64,000 nucleotides of DNA from a virus (lineage: Duplodnaviria > Caudoviricetes). This document shows, piece by piece, positions 10,260 to 21,245 of this stretch. The stretch covers positions 160,001-224,000 of the IMG/VR virus record IMGVR_UViG_3300032167_000004; one strand, written 5' to 3'. The notes under the pieces were generated by a model that saw nothing but the letters and a program-made list of their open reading frames with translations, made no database searches and had not been told where the DNA came from. Each line of letters opens with the position of its first letter. The stretch's first letter is position 1. A program made the position numbers and the translations under genes.

Positions 10260-11432
10260 TTATAAAGCTATTATTAAAAATTTCTTTGCTCTTGTTATTG
10301 CAGTATATAATACCTTACATCTGAAATCAGCAGTACCATAAGGTTCATTATAAATAAATACTTTATCAAATTCACTACCTTGAACTTTATGAGTTGTTGC
10401 CGCATAACCATACTCAAATTTATCATAGAAACTTCTTTTACCAGTTCTATCTTCTGGTTTAGCTATTAAATTAGCATAATCTATTTTTACTTTTTTAAAA
10501 TAATCATCTTTTATAAAATCTGGCTGAAAATCTATTGTTAAACTTCTACCATTATAAGTATCTAAATATACATCTTTAACAAAACCAGTCATACCATTTA
10601 TTAAATAAATATCATTACTAATACATCTATTCCAATTATTTTGTGTACACATTAACTTTTCCCCTATTTTAGGAAATTCAGTATCAATCTTTAATATATC
10701 ATGACGTATATGATTATTTAATTCTGCTCTAGTTTTATTTCTTCCACAAATAACAACATCAGATTTAATTAACATATTATCTGTAATCATAGATTTATCA
10801 ATTACATAACAGTTATTTCCATATTTACCTATTTTAATAGGTTTACCATGCATAGCTCTTTGTGCTAAATAAATAATAGGAGAATCTAATGCTTGTCTCA
10901 TTGGTTTAGTTAATGTAGCATCTGGTTTAACTAAGAAAAATCTTTCACCAAATACAGGATCCAACTGATTATTATCTCCTAATGCAATTATAGGGATATC
11001 AAATGATAATAAATCTAATGCTAATTTTTCAGGGACCATGCCTGCTTCATCAACTACTATTAATTTAATATCACCATATAATCTAGCTTTTTTCATAAAT
11101 TCTGTAATCATAACAATTCTATTATTAACTAATATAGGATTACCATTTTCATCATATTTAGGAACTTCAACAGCATCATATATTGCACTATGAATTGTTT
11201 TAGCATTATTTCCTTTTTGAGATAAAACTAATGCGGCTTTACCAACATATGCCACAAATAAAACATCAGAATGATCTAATCCTAATTCATCTATGAGATA
11301 GTATACAATTGTAGACTTTCCCGAGCCGGCGCAACCAGAAATCTCGAATACTTGCTTATCTTGTTTTTTCCACCATTTTTTTGCTCGCCGTATAGCTTCT
11401 TCTTGTTCATTGGTAAATTCCATATATTTCAC
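10260..11432 (-). CDS. Dda/RecD2-like SF1 helicase
   Basis: GCAGSGKS, VVDEAGM, GD.NQL.P and TTHKVQGSEF...YTAITRA motifs. Confidence 0.9.
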   Translation of the reverse strand: MKYMEFTNEQEEAIRRAKKWWKKQDKQVFEISGCAGSGKSTIVYYLIDELGLDHSDVLFVAYVGKAALVLSQKGNNAKTIHSAIYDAVEVPKYDENGNPILVNNRIVMITEFMKKARLYGDIKLIVVDEAGMVPEKLALDLLSFDIPIIALGDNNQLDPVFGERFFLVKPDATLTKPMRQALDSPIIYLAQRAMHGKPIKIGKYGNNCYVIDKSMITDNMLIKSDVVICGRNKTRAELNNHIRHDILKIDTEFPKIGEKLMCTQNNWNRCISNDIYLINGMTGFVKDVYLDTYNGRSLTIDFQPDFIKDDYFKKVKIDYANLIAKPEDRTGKRSFYDKFEYGYAATTHKVQGSEFDKVFIYNEPYGTADFRCKVLYTAITRAKKFLIIAL

Positions 11433-11519
11433 CTACTCTTATTAATATTACCCAAATGTTAATTGAGAAATTATAATAAATATTCAAAAAAACATTTGTG
11501 TAATAAAGTAAAAGGGAGT

Positions 11520-11885
11520 ATGAATATTATGGCTGTAAATACTTCAGATATGGATATAAATTTAAATGAATACTGTGTATTACAAGGTACTCAATATTAT
11601 AATAATAATTATTTAAATATAAAAATTCCTAAATTAATGACTGATGTAACTTCTCCTATGATAGAAACATTTAATAGAAATATTTTAGTTAATTCTCCTA
11701 ATTGTAAACCTAGTATTGATAATAGTATACGGGTTAAGGATTATATTTCAGTAAAACGTTCATCTCAATGTAACTTATCAACTAATATAATTGATGAACA
11801 CGGTAATATTCCTAATGGCTTAGGATTAATATGCTCATGTGTAAATAATAATTATAGGAATATGATCGTTATAGACTCAATTTAA
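11520..11885 (+). CDS. Hypothetical protein, possibly virion-associated
   Basis: GGGAG RBS and AACA-N6-TA at 11491 indicate a start near 11520/11529 rather than 11463. Confidence 0.6.
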   Translation: MNIMAVNTSDMDINLNEYCVLQGTQYYNNNYLNIKIPKLMTDVTSPMIETFNRNILVNSPNCKPSIDNSIRVKDYISVKRSSQCNLSTNIIDEHGNIPNGLGLICSCVNNNYRNMIVIDSI

Positions 11886-11908
11886 TATAGAAAGATTGGT
11901 GATATAAT

Positions 11909-12337
11909 TTGAAAGCAGGTATAAATAATTATACAACTATGCAATCTTTATCTGAATATGAAGATCAATTAAATATTTCATATAATAAGTTATTCTTAAA
12001 ATCTCTTGTTGATTCTGAAGATAATGTTTTAATCGTCAATAGTACATCATTGGCTAATAAATATTATGATTATATACAAAATGGTATTATTTCATTAGAA
12101 TTAACAGATAAAGAATATATGAAATATAGATTTCAACCTAAGATGTTCTGTAATGATATTTATGGAACTACTGAATTATGGGGATTATTATTAAAGATTA
12201 ATAATTTTAATAGTATTGCTGAATTTAATCGTAAAAAAATAAAAGTGTTTGGTAATAATATTTTTAACGTATTAAATGAAATATTAATTAATGAAAAAGA
12301 GAATATATTAAAAAATAATGAAAGTGTGGGAATCTAA
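11909..12337 (+). CDS. Baseplate wedge-like protein (T4 gp53/LysM-like)
   Basis: Y.FQP...C.DIYGT.ELW..LL.IN pattern. Confidence 0.55.
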   Translation: MKAGINNYTTMQSLSEYEDQLNISYNKLFLKSLVDSEDNVLIVNSTSLANKYYDYIQNGIISLELTDKEYMKYRFQPKMFCNDIYGTTELWGLLLKINNFNSIAEFNRKKIKVFGNNIFNVLNEILINEKENILKNNESVGI

Positions 12338-12489
12338 TGTCCTTATCTGTAACTAATAAATTATTAGCATCAGCAATAGAACACAATATTATGAAAGCTA
12401 ATATGACTCAAGAACAAAAGATTGAGTATATAAAGAAAAAATATAATTTAACCCATGGTAAAGGTAAAAGAAAAAAGAATAAGAAATAA
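12337..12489 (+). CDS. Small basic protein (50 aa, not in the ORF track)
   Basis: TAATG stop/start overlap; MSLSVTNKLL...GKGKRKKNKK; followed by a terminator. Confidence 0.5.
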   Translation: MSLSVTNKLLASAIEHNIMKANMTQEQKIEYIKKKYNLTHGKGKRKKNKK

Positions 12490-12522
12490 GAGAATATGTG
12501 GAATTCCACATATTCTCTTTTA

Positions 12523-13420
12523 TTAATATATTTTTTCAAGGTTTTCTGGTTTAATAGCAGCAGTAATATATTTACCAACCCCTATAACAACTCTATCTCC
12601 TGTTATACTAATTACATCATATGTATCATAATGTAATGTAAATTTTTTACCATAATAATCAGTAGGATTTATAACCTTGACTTTATCACCAGCTTCAATT
12701 CTGGTAGATTTTATAGATGTATTTCCATGTACAATAAATGCATCAGTAAATCCAGCTTCATGTAATTTTTTCAATAAAGATTCTGCATTAATCTTTGATG
12801 AATAAGCACCAACTTGAACTTTATAGATACTATCACTAGTCACTGTATTACCACCTGTCATTTTATTTTTAACGTCATTTCTAAATGTATCCATAGTATA
12901 TGGTAAACCTAATTGTTTCCATAGATGTTCTGGATCTCCGTGATTTGATGCTAGACCTTTTTTATATCCTTCACTATGAGAAAGAATTACATCTTTTCCT
13001 AAAGGATTTAATTTATAATCTTTACATAATTTAGCAAATAATTCAACAGCAGAATTATAAGTTCTGATAACCATTCGTTTAGCTTTATCTTTATCAGAAC
13101 ATGTAAACGATGAACCTTTAGTATATTTTATACAATTAGGTTCACATATTTCTACTCCTATATGTGTATTATTAGATGAACCACCTGAATGCCAACCTCT
13201 ATGATTCCAAGGTAAGCATTGATACACATTTCCATTATTTGCGTCTATAAAGGCATGAACGCAAGCACTAGTATGGTTAGGGATGGTCCCAATTCTTAAT
13301 AAATACCTCTGCAGAAGGTTGAGGACAACCAACTGAATGAAGCATTAATCCTTTAATACTAATTGTACGTTTTTCTTTATAACATGGATTTTTAGTTAAA
13401 TAACTTTTAACTATTTGCAT
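12523..13420 (-). CDS. N-acetylmuramoyl-L-alanine amidase (Amidase_2 + SPOR) endolysin, split by a +1 frameshift at 13277-13282
   Basis: Frame from ATG 13420 gives MQIVKSYLTKNPCY...GLMLHSVGCPQPSA..FIKNWDHP*; the +1 frame continues NHTSACVHAFID...WHSG...IGVEICE...H..H.DP and YKVQVGAY (SPOR). Confidence 0.85.
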
Positions 13421-13530
13421 TACACATAACATCCTTTACTTTATTGATTAAATTATGTTTTGATTATCGTTTTGTTTATTTTAATAAAAAATATAGAGAT
13501 ATATGGATTTCCCATATATCTCTATAAAAA

Positions 13531-13974
13531 TTATCTATTACCTAATCTAGAATTAATATGTCTAATCATATCTTCTTCTAACTTATATTTATTATTGTCA
13601 GTGAATAATAATTTCATAAATGAACTAACCATATATTCTTGAATCAGTGTTCTATAGTTATCTTTAATATACTGGGCAATTTCATCTGCAATAGGTTTAA
13701 AATATTTCTCAGTATCGATATTCTGCATTGCAGATTTTAATAATTCAGTAGGTTCATATTTATATGAATAACCGTCTATATCCCTTATTTGTGTTACTAA
13801 AATACAACTACTAGAGTCATAAATCGGATGTTGTTTATCCCTAATCAATGCAACTTCTACAGCTTTAAGAAGTATTTCTTGCATTTGTTCTTTAGGTAAT
13901 TCATTGATATTATCTACACAAAGTTTCTTAAAATCTTCATCAGATACATCAATATTAATAGTTAAAGTTGCCAT
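13531..13974 (-). CDS. Hypothetical protein
   Basis: 147 aa ORF in a tightly packed operon. Confidence 0.7.
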   Translation of the reverse strand: MATLTINIDVSDEDFKKLCVDNINELPKEQMQEILLKAVEVALIRDKQHPIYDSSSCILVTQIRDIDGYSYKYEPTELLKSAMQNIDTEKYFKPIADEIAQYIKDNYRTLIQEYMVSSFMKLLFTDNNKYKLEEDMIRHINSRLGNR

Positions 13975-14181
13975 TTAATATTTCCCCTTATTTGTAATAA
14001 TAGTTTGATTTGAGTATAATAATTCAGGTTTTAATGTATATTGTGTTGCATTTGTAGTATTACTGTATCCACCGAATTTATCATATTGATCTTTTATTTC
14101 AGGATGTATACATGCAGTATACATACAATATCCCATAGAATTTCTACAATTACAATGAACTACATTACATATCATAATCAA
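13975..14181 (-). CDS. Small Cys-rich hypothetical protein
   Basis: Five Cys in the N-terminus; abuts both neighbours. Confidence 0.55.
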   Translation of the reverse strand: MIMICNVVHCNCRNSMGYCMYTACIHPEIKDQYDKFGGYSNTTNATQYTLKPELLYSNQTIITNKGKY

Positions 14182-14817
14182 TCATCCTTCAGTATAGGTT
14201 ATTTTATCAGAAATTTTAGGTGAATTTGTGATAGTACTACCCATAACTGCATCATCAGTAACACTTCCAGATATACTTAAATCAATATTATTAATTTCAG
14301 TATGTGGAATAGTTGCAATTCTAGTAATATCATTAAGTGTTACACTGTCTGTTTTATTACTTTTATTCTGAGAATTAGTTAAAGCTTTATTTACAAGATA
14401 ATCATGATATGCTTCTTGTACAACTTTATCAGGTTCTTTATGTTCTGTGTAATATTCTATAGTAAGAAGAGTTGATTCATTATATTTATTAAAACCATCC
14501 TTTTTAATTAAAATTTTATAATGATTATCAAGTAATACTTTTAAAGCATTAACTAATGAATCAAATCCTTTTACTGTAATAGAACCTGCTTTAATATCTT
14601 TTTCTTTATCAGCATATATTTCATTATTAATTGGTCTTATACGATTTTCATAATTTAATCGTTGTTCTTTAGTTATATTACATTCATCACCGAAATAATG
14701 ATATTCACCAGTAATTTCACATTTACATTTTGCAGGATTAGATGTATACACCATACCATCACTAAATGAACAGTCAGTATGACAATATCGATTTCCAATA
14801 GTATTATAAACGCCCAT
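14182..14817 (-). CDS. Hypothetical protein
   Basis: AAGGAG RBS; 211 aa. Confidence 0.7.
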   Translation of the reverse strand: MGVYNTIGNRYCHTDCSFSDGMVYTSNPAKCKCEITGEYHYFGDECNITKEQRLNYENRIRPINNEIYADKEKDIKAGSITVKGFDSLVNALKVLLDNHYKILIKKDGFNKYNESTLLTIEYYTEHKEPDKVVQEAYHDYLVNKALTNSQNKSNKTDSVTLNDITRIATIPHTEINNIDLSISGSVTDDAVMGSTITNSPKISDKITYTEG

Positions 14818-14835
14818 AAATATTCTCCTTTAAGA

Positions 14836-16485
14836 TTAAGTCTTAGTTCCTAAAGATTTACCAAACATAAATAAATCTTCATCAGTATTAATTGTTTCTC
14901 TTTCTACAGCATTTCTCTTACCTTTTTTAGCACCTAAATCAACAGCATCAAAATCAGCCACAAGACTATCTTCAGATAATGAATGATCTAAATAAATATC
15001 ATCTAATAATTGCATTTTATTATTAGGATTAAATGGATGATTAAAATAAGTTAAATCACTCATATCTTTATATCTAATCTTAACACGTTTGAAGGTTAAA
15101 TATTGCTGTCCAGTTTGTCTTTTCTTTTCTACATTAAGGATAATCAATACGTCTGCATTTTCTACGAGCTCCCAACTAGATCCTATATTAGCTCTACCAA
15201 GGAACTTTGCTAAATCTTCTTTATTTGCTTGTAATGCAGCATCAACAGTAGCTGCAGCTGCTCTATTTAACTGATGAGCTGTAACAACAGGAATATCATA
15301 ATGAATAGCCAAAGATTTTAATTCATTAGAAATATTTTTAAGTTCTTCTTTCTCATCTCTACCTTTTTCAGTAGGACGAATTCTTTTAATATAATCTAAT
15401 GAAAGCATAATAACTTCTTTACCATCATCAGATAAATCATCAATAATTGTATATAAATCTTCTGTATTAATTGCTCTATTAGGATAATATCTAATAACAA
15501 CATCAATACCATTATCTGTACCAATAGTAAATTCTTTGGTTTCTTTAATCATCTTTATAACCTGTTTAGGTGTATAATTTCTAATATTTCCGTCTAAAGA
15601 CATATTGAATAATCTTTCAACAGTCTCAATAACTTCATTCTCCATAGTGATTAATAATGCACATGGTTGTTTACCAGGTTTCTTAACCTGTATATCATTA
15701 TTATACAATTTGGTGTCTCTGATAACTTTAAGAAGCATACCTGATTTCCAGCCACCGGCTAGACCTACAAAGATATAAAGTCTACTACTTAAGAATCCTG
15801 GAGAAAGAATTTCATTTAATTTCTGAATACCTGTTTTAATAACTCTAGAAGGATTCTGTAACTTAGTAACAATATCCATCATATTAGTTTCAAAGTTTTC
15901 ATCAGATAATGAAAACTGTTCAACAGTATCCAAGCTTTTACTATTTCTAACTCTATTAATTAACTCTGTACAAATAGAAGTTAGTTTATTATTAATTTCA
16001 TAGAAAGACTTATAATCACCACTATCTAATCTTTCAATTGTTTCATATATAGCATCTTTATAATAATAAAGATAATAATACTGTAATCTATCTTCAATAC
16101 ACTTATTAATATATTTAATCTCTTCATAATTAATTCGTGTATATAATTGAATATTATTTATAATATCCTGATTTTCTTTATCATAAGTATCAGACTTACA
16201 ATAATTAATTATAACTTCATCTAATTCAAATCCTTTAACTAATTTAGCATCCAAAGCTTTATTAATAAATTCAATACGAGCTTCCATAGCATCATTATTT
16301 TCATAAATAGACTCATCAATGACATCAAATAAACGTTTCATGTTCATTAAGGATTTTCTTGTAATCTGAACAGATTTTTTAAATAAATAACCAATAAACA
16401 TGTTTAACATGCTTAAATCAAATTTAATAGGAATTTTTTTAGTCTGATCAATATATTTTTCTTTTTGATTTGTTTTAAATAACAT
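14836..16485 (-). CDS. dnaB: Replicative DnaB-like SF4 helicase
   Basis: Walker A GLAGGWKS, ITMEN, LDY, VTAHQLNR and ENAD; GGGGAG RBS favours the ATG at 16485. Confidence 0.88.
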   Translation of the reverse strand: MLFKTNQKEKYIDQTKKIPIKFDLSMLNMFIGYLFKKSVQITRKSLMNMKRLFDVIDESIYENNDAMEARIEFINKALDAKLVKGFELDEVIINYCKSDTYDKENQDIINNIQLYTRINYEEIKYINKCIEDRLQYYYLYYYKDAIYETIERLDSGDYKSFYEINNKLTSICTELINRVRNSKSLDTVEQFSLSDENFETNMMDIVTKLQNPSRVIKTGIQKLNEILSPGFLSSRLYIFVGLAGGWKSGMLLKVIRDTKLYNNDIQVKKPGKQPCALLITMENEVIETVERLFNMSLDGNIRNYTPKQVIKMIKETKEFTIGTDNGIDVVIRYYPNRAINTEDLYTIIDDLSDDGKEVIMLSLDYIKRIRPTEKGRDEKEELKNISNELKSLAIHYDIPVVTAHQLNRAAAATVDAALQANKEDLAKFLGRANIGSSWELVENADVLIILNVEKKRQTGQQYLTFKRVKIRYKDMSDLTYFNHPFNPNNKMQLLDDIYLDHSLSEDSLVADFDAVDLGAKKGKRNAVERETINTDEDLFMFGKSLGTKT

Positions 16486-16577
16486 TATATAATGATCTCC
16501 CCTCTTATACTGAAAAATCAATGTCTGTATATGGAATTCCATATACAGACATTTTATCTATTTAAATAATTGTATAA

Positions 16578-16928
16578 TCAATTATTATTTTCAATATTAT
16601 AAGTATTATCTAAAACAAATAAATTATATTTATCTTTAAATAAATTATAAATATTTAAGGCATCACTCAAATTAAATATTTTTGTCATAGTATCCCTAGT
16701 TAGTTTACGACTAATAATCATTTGTTTAAATTCTTTAGGTTTTATATGGGAATTTTCATCAATAGTAATTAATGCGATTTTAATAGTACCATTTTGAAAA
16801 AATGGATAAATACATCCATATAAATCAGGAATAGGAATATTTCCTATAAATTTTTCCATATATACAGGAATTTCCATAGTAATAGAACTGAAAAATGCTT
16901 CATAATTTTTCACATCATATTTGATCAT
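16578..16928 (-). CDS. Hypothetical protein
   Basis: GAGGAG RBS before the ATG at 16928. Confidence 0.6.
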   Translation of the reverse strand: MIKYDVKNYEAFFSSITMEIPVYMEKFIGNIPIPDLYGCIYPFFQNGTIKIALITIDENSHIKPKEFKQMIISRKLTRDTMTKIFNLSDALNIYNLFKDKYNLFVLDNTYNIENNN

Positions 16929-16995
16929 ATTATTTCTCCTCTTAAAATAAAAATGGTATGAGGTCATATGACCTCATACCATTAAAATAAATATT

Positions 16996-18207
16996 TTAAA
17001 TAGACGGGGTAGCGATAACAGGTAAATGATTCTTACCATCAATAATAATAGTAGGCTTATTAGTATCATTAAAGATCATTTCTTTACCACCATCATATAA
17101 ATAACATAACTGACCAGCAGGTTTAGAAGTATTATTTACCTCAATAGTAATACCTGCAAAGGACTTAGTATCAGCACCGTAAGGTTGTACTATGAATAAA
17201 CCTTGCCATTCAGGATCAGCATCAGTCTCAACATAAGTGTTATCGTTCATTTCAATAACAACATTATTAGGTTCATCCTTAAAACCGAAACGAACCATAT
17301 TTTTAGATTCAACACAGTAGTTACCATTAATTTCAATAATTGCATTATCTTCAACTCTATACAGAGATAACTGATTATGAGTACAGCAACCCTTTTCAAA
17401 ACGGTTATCATTGAAAGAGGAACCATTCTTTAAAGAACCAGCAATTTCAATAATATTATAACAATTTTGATTCTCTTTACCGAAAACGTTATTATCAATA
17501 TGAACCTTTACAGGAGTACCCTCATTATTAATAATAATAGGACTAGTCTTAGATTCAAAATTATGATCGGTATAGACACAATTTTCCATGGTAAATTCAG
17601 ATACATTATTAACATTAATTTTAGAATTACCAGTTAAGAATAAACCATCCAACACAACACAAACTTTTTCAGTTTCTACAGCTCTAGTAGCAGGCTGACC
17701 ATTGATCTTGATATCACCCTTAATGATAGCACCATTTTCACTGATAATCTTAATAGATTTATTAATATTTAAATCAGCTTCATAAGTACCAGCCAGTAAT
17801 TCAATAACAGCACCATCTTCTGCTTCATTAATAACATCAGCTAACTGAGTATAATGAGAATCAGCACCAATCTTGATAGCACCTTCATTAGCCTGAATTT
17901 CTGCAATATCGACAATAGAACCGATAGAAATCTGCTGTAATTCAGCATCAAATTCCTCAGACATGTCAACTACAATAGAAGTGATATTTAATAAATTAGA
18001 AATATAAGGCTCAGGTAAACACATATGTGCAGGGGTGCTATTTTTAGCATTTGCGTTAATAACTCGAATTGCACCATCTACAGTATTGGTATCAGTACCA
18101 TTTCTGTATGTTAAACCCTTAACAATGTCACCTTCACGTAAGGTAACAATTCGACCATTAGCAAGTTTAAAAGAAACAGCAATTTTTGCTACAGTATTAG
18201 TTGCCAT
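16996..18207 (-). CDS. Right-handed beta-helix (pectin lyase-like) protein
   Basis: L.D.IN.A.DG..I.L.AGTY...L.INKS lead-in followed by Asn-ladder repeats; late-type promoter motif. Confidence 0.65.
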   Translation of the reverse strand: MATNTVAKIAVSFKLANGRIVTLREGDIVKGLTYRNGTDTNTVDGAIRVINANAKNSTPAHMCLPEPYISNLLNITSIVVDMSEEFDAELQQISIGSIVDIAEIQANEGAIKIGADSHYTQLADVINEAEDGAVIELLAGTYEADLNINKSIKIISENGAIIKGDIKINGQPATRAVETEKVCVVLDGLFLTGNSKINVNNVSEFTMENCVYTDHNFESKTSPIIINNEGTPVKVHIDNNVFGKENQNCYNIIEIAGSLKNGSSFNDNRFEKGCCTHNQLSLYRVEDNAIIEINGNYCVESKNMVRFGFKDEPNNVVIEMNDNTYVETDADPEWQGLFIVQPYGADTKSFAGITIEVNNTSKPAGQLCYLYDGGKEMIFNDTNKPTIIIDGKNHLPVIATPSI

Positions 18208-18257
18208 AATATATAAACTCCTTTCATTTATATTATAAAAATGTTTATAAACGATAT

Positions 18258-19424
18258 TTACTTAAAATTAATCTTTTGATATAAATAATTTCTCATGTCA
18301 TCAATACTTATATCTTTATTATATTTAAGTTTGATAAATCTTGTTAATTTTTCTTCCGGTGGAGTAGTTTTATCAAAAATAAAATCATATTTTGATAATA
18401 ATAATTTGATTTTATCTTCCATTTCTTTTTTCTTTTTATTTTCTTTACTATTATTATTAATAACTACTTTTATATGTTTATATTTAGAGAATATGTCATT
18501 AATTAAATTAGTTAATAAAATTGGATTCTCATAAGTTTCAGGAATATTAAAAATAATTCGTATTCTATCAACATTTAAATTCTCAACCATTCTAATAATA
18601 TAATCCATTTGTTGATTTTGATCATCTCTATAAAATGCACTATTATAATCAATAACCATGGTATTATATATAGGAGCGTTCTTATTTTCAATAAATTCAA
18701 CTTCATATTTTGAAGTTTCTGGTGTATAGGCACATATCATAAATCCTTTAGGTTCTTCTTCACCATACACCCAACGACTATATGAACCAACATAATAAAT
18801 TCTATCTTTAATACATTGAGATTTATGGATATGACCGAAAAATGCTGCAGATTTAGTAATATTTAAAATATCATCACTTTTAAATACTGGTGCTTTTTTC
18901 ATAGTAACTTCAGATGCTTGAGTTTTACCAACAAAAGCAACTTCAGAAAACATTCCATGACCATAAATCATATCATATGTTTTATTAAAATATTCATTAT
19001 AATAATCTTCTGTATCAATATATTCTTCAGGAATATATAACACTTTAAAATCCGGAAATAAATCTTCTTCTGTCACAGTTTCAATAATTTTAAAATCTAT
19101 ATTTAAATTAGAAAAGAATTTTAGTACATTTAATTGGTCATTGTCATGACTCAATGTACCTTTTAGAATTCTTAATTTACAATTTTTCTTCATACATATT
19201 TCCATAAGTTTCTTAAGAAACATGAACATATATTTTGTATGAGCTGAATTGAGATTTAATCTATTGTCAAATAAATCTCCAGCAATTACGATATAGTGTA
19301 ATAACTTTAAGGATTTAATATATTTTAAGAATCCCTTATCTAATTCATCATATAACTTATCAGCAGGCATTGCACCAAAATGTACGTCTGCTAATATAGC
19401 TCCAACATATACTGATTTTTCCAT
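18258..19424 (-). CDS. sbcD: SbcD/Mre11-like nuclease
   Basis: ADVHFG, AGDLFD, GT.SHD, GHG, GHIH and YVGS metallophosphoesterase motifs. Confidence 0.88.
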   Translation of the reverse strand: MEKSVYVGAILADVHFGAMPADKLYDELDKGFLKYIKSLKLLHYIVIAGDLFDNRLNLNSAHTKYMFMFLKKLMEICMKKNCKLRILKGTLSHDNDQLNVLKFFSNLNIDFKIIETVTEEDLFPDFKVLYIPEEYIDTEDYYNEYFNKTYDMIYGHGMFSEVAFVGKTQASEVTMKKAPVFKSDDILNITKSAAFFGHIHKSQCIKDRIYYVGSYSRWVYGEEEPKGFMICAYTPETSKYEVEFIENKNAPIYNTMVIDYNSAFYRDDQNQQMDYIIRMVENLNVDRIRIIFNIPETYENPILLTNLINDIFSKYKHIKVVINNNSKENKKKKEMEDKIKLLLSKYDFIFDKTTPPEEKLTRFIKLKYNKDISIDDMRNYLYQKINFK

Positions 19425-19442
19425 TAAAAATCACGTCCTAGT

Positions 19443-20111
19443 TTAATTTATTGGTTCTTTCCAATTATCATCATTGTTTATTTCATAATACGAATGAAAT
19501 ATATCAACCAATTTAGATACGAAATCTATATAAGGTTGTAATTTATCTCTTTGAATATATTTCTCATCTTTATATTTAGGATTAACTAATAATATTCCAA
19601 CTTGATCAACTTTATATCCTAACTCTTCCAATAGTATAGTATATAAAGCTAACTGAAAAAACATTGAGATGCGTATTTTCTTCGAAGTTTTGAAGTCTAG
19701 TATAGTATACTTATCATTAATTATTCCATAGAAATCTAAAGTTCCACCAAATTTATCTGAACTAATAGATTTTTCTAATAATATAGGAATTACTGTATTG
19801 GTTTTTAACCATATCTTAAATCTATTAATATAGGAACATAGAATATCTATGGGTACTCTACCATCATTAATATAAATAATATAATGATTTAATAAAATAC
19901 TATTAATTAAATCATGTACTATAGTTCCTAATGTAGATGCTTCATTTAATACAGAATCTACATGGAGATGATTAAATCCTAAATAATTAGCCCATTTTAC
20001 TAATTGAGGTTTATTCAAGATTTTTAATATTGTAGTAGCACTGGGGACTTCTTCTCCAAATTTATTAAAATACATTGTATGTTTATTATCTGTATTGAAT
20101 TTAGATTTCAA
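19443..20111 (-). CDS. PD-(D/E)XK (Cas4/RecB-like) exonuclease
   Basis: PSATTIL, GT.VH, E, GTLD, DFKT and QLALY motifs. The promoter at 20145-20154 and RBS favour a TTG start at 20111. Confidence 0.82.
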   Translation of the reverse strand: MKSKFNTDNKHTMYFNKFGEEVPSATTILKILNKPQLVKWANYLGFNHLHVDSVLNEASTLGTIVHDLINSILLNHYIIYINDGRVPIDILCSYINRFKIWLKTNTVIPILLEKSISSDKFGGTLDFYGIINDKYTILDFKTSKKIRISMFFQLALYTILLEELGYKVDQVGILLVNPKYKDEKYIQRDKLQPYIDFVSKLVDIFHSYYEINNDDNWKEPIN

Positions 20112-20208
20112 TGTATATTCACTCCTTATATTAAACTTATAATTATAATATATACTTAAAAAAATAATAAAAAAAATAAAGGGGTCAGTAATGACCCCTT
20201 TATTTAAT

Positions 20209-21099
20209 TCATTTTCTTTTGGAAATTTCATTCATAAATTGTGCTTGTGCGGTGCAAATTTGCTGTAAAGGAATATTCATAGTGGTAGATAGTTTACAGC
20301 TATCCAATTTAGTAAAGAGCTTCTTATCGTTCAAAGATAAATTGATAAGTTTTTTAGCTGCAAATTTAGAGTATACTTTGGTGCCATATTTATTTGTACT
20401 AACAATTTTGAAAGGTTTAGATTCAGGTTCCTTATTTTCAATTTCATCTTTGTTAGAAGTTTCAGATTCATTTTTAAGTATACGTTTCCACCGATATGCT
20501 GTACTTACAGCAATATTAAATTTTTTGGCGATTTGTTGAATGTCGGAATCGATAATAAATTTCTTATCATCATCGCTTAAAGTATTAATATTTAAACGCG
20601 GCTTTTTATCAGAGGATACAGTAGTTATACTGTCTTCTTTCTTAGGAGTAGGTTTATTGATAGTTTCTGGAGGAGAAGTCTTTTCAGAAATAGAGATAAT
20701 TTTATCTGTACTATATTTGAAATATTTAGCCTCCATTTCTAAGTTGTTTTCTAAACCTAAATAAATTTTAAGAGCAAGATCAATTTCGTCCATAACTCTT
20801 TCGGTTAAACATCCTAAGAAATTCGTTAATGATGATGCTGGTACTGGACGAATTTCATGTACAAGTGCAGTTGATAATTTATTCAATTCTAAATTAACAC
20901 ATACACCACTCTTTTGCGATTCAGATGCCGAGAATGGAATTACCGTAACAAATTTTCCTCGAACATTGACATTATTAATAACCAAAACTGGTCTATCTCC
21001 AATAGTTATTTGCATGTCTCTTTCATCATGAGTCCAGCTATCTTTCATTAACCACACTTGACCTTTTTTATAAGTTAAAAGATCTAATTTCTTACACAT
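20209..21099 (-). CDS. PemK/MazF-like domain fused to a C-terminal HTH region
   Basis: KGQVW...RPVLVINN...VTVIPFS...IRPV...LG.L....M.EID.AL.I.LGL, then IQQIAKKFNIAVSTAYRW. Confidence 0.72.
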   Translation of the reverse strand: MCKKLDLLTYKKGQVWLMKDSWTHDERDMQITIGDRPVLVINNVNVRGKFVTVIPFSASESQKSGVCVNLELNKLSTALVHEIRPVPASSLTNFLGCLTERVMDEIDLALKIYLGLENNLEMEAKYFKYSTDKIISISEKTSPPETINKPTPKKEDSITTVSSDKKPRLNINTLSDDDKKFIIDSDIQQIAKKFNIAVSTAYRWKRILKNESETSNKDEIENKEPESKPFKIVSTNKYGTKVYSKFAAKKLINLSLNDKKLFTKLDSCKLSTTMNIPLQQICTAQAQFMNEISKRK

Positions 21100-21245
21100 T
21101 TTTAAATTCCTTTCTGTAAAAATTCTAAGTTGTTTTTTTTTGATTTATATATTATTATATTTCTCCTTTCTTACATTAATAATATATATTTAAATCTTAG
21201 AACTTTACTATTCGGGAACATAGAAAATAAAAAGAATAAGGATGT

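Noticed and set aside
14836-16485. Inteins in DnaB, GyrB, RNAP or polymerase
   Set aside because: No C/S...HN splice motifs or LAGLIDADG blocks were seen.
19443-20111. CRISPR adaptation Cas4
   Set aside because: A solo PD-(D/E)XK nuclease beside sbcD, with no Fe-S cysteine cluster or cas context.
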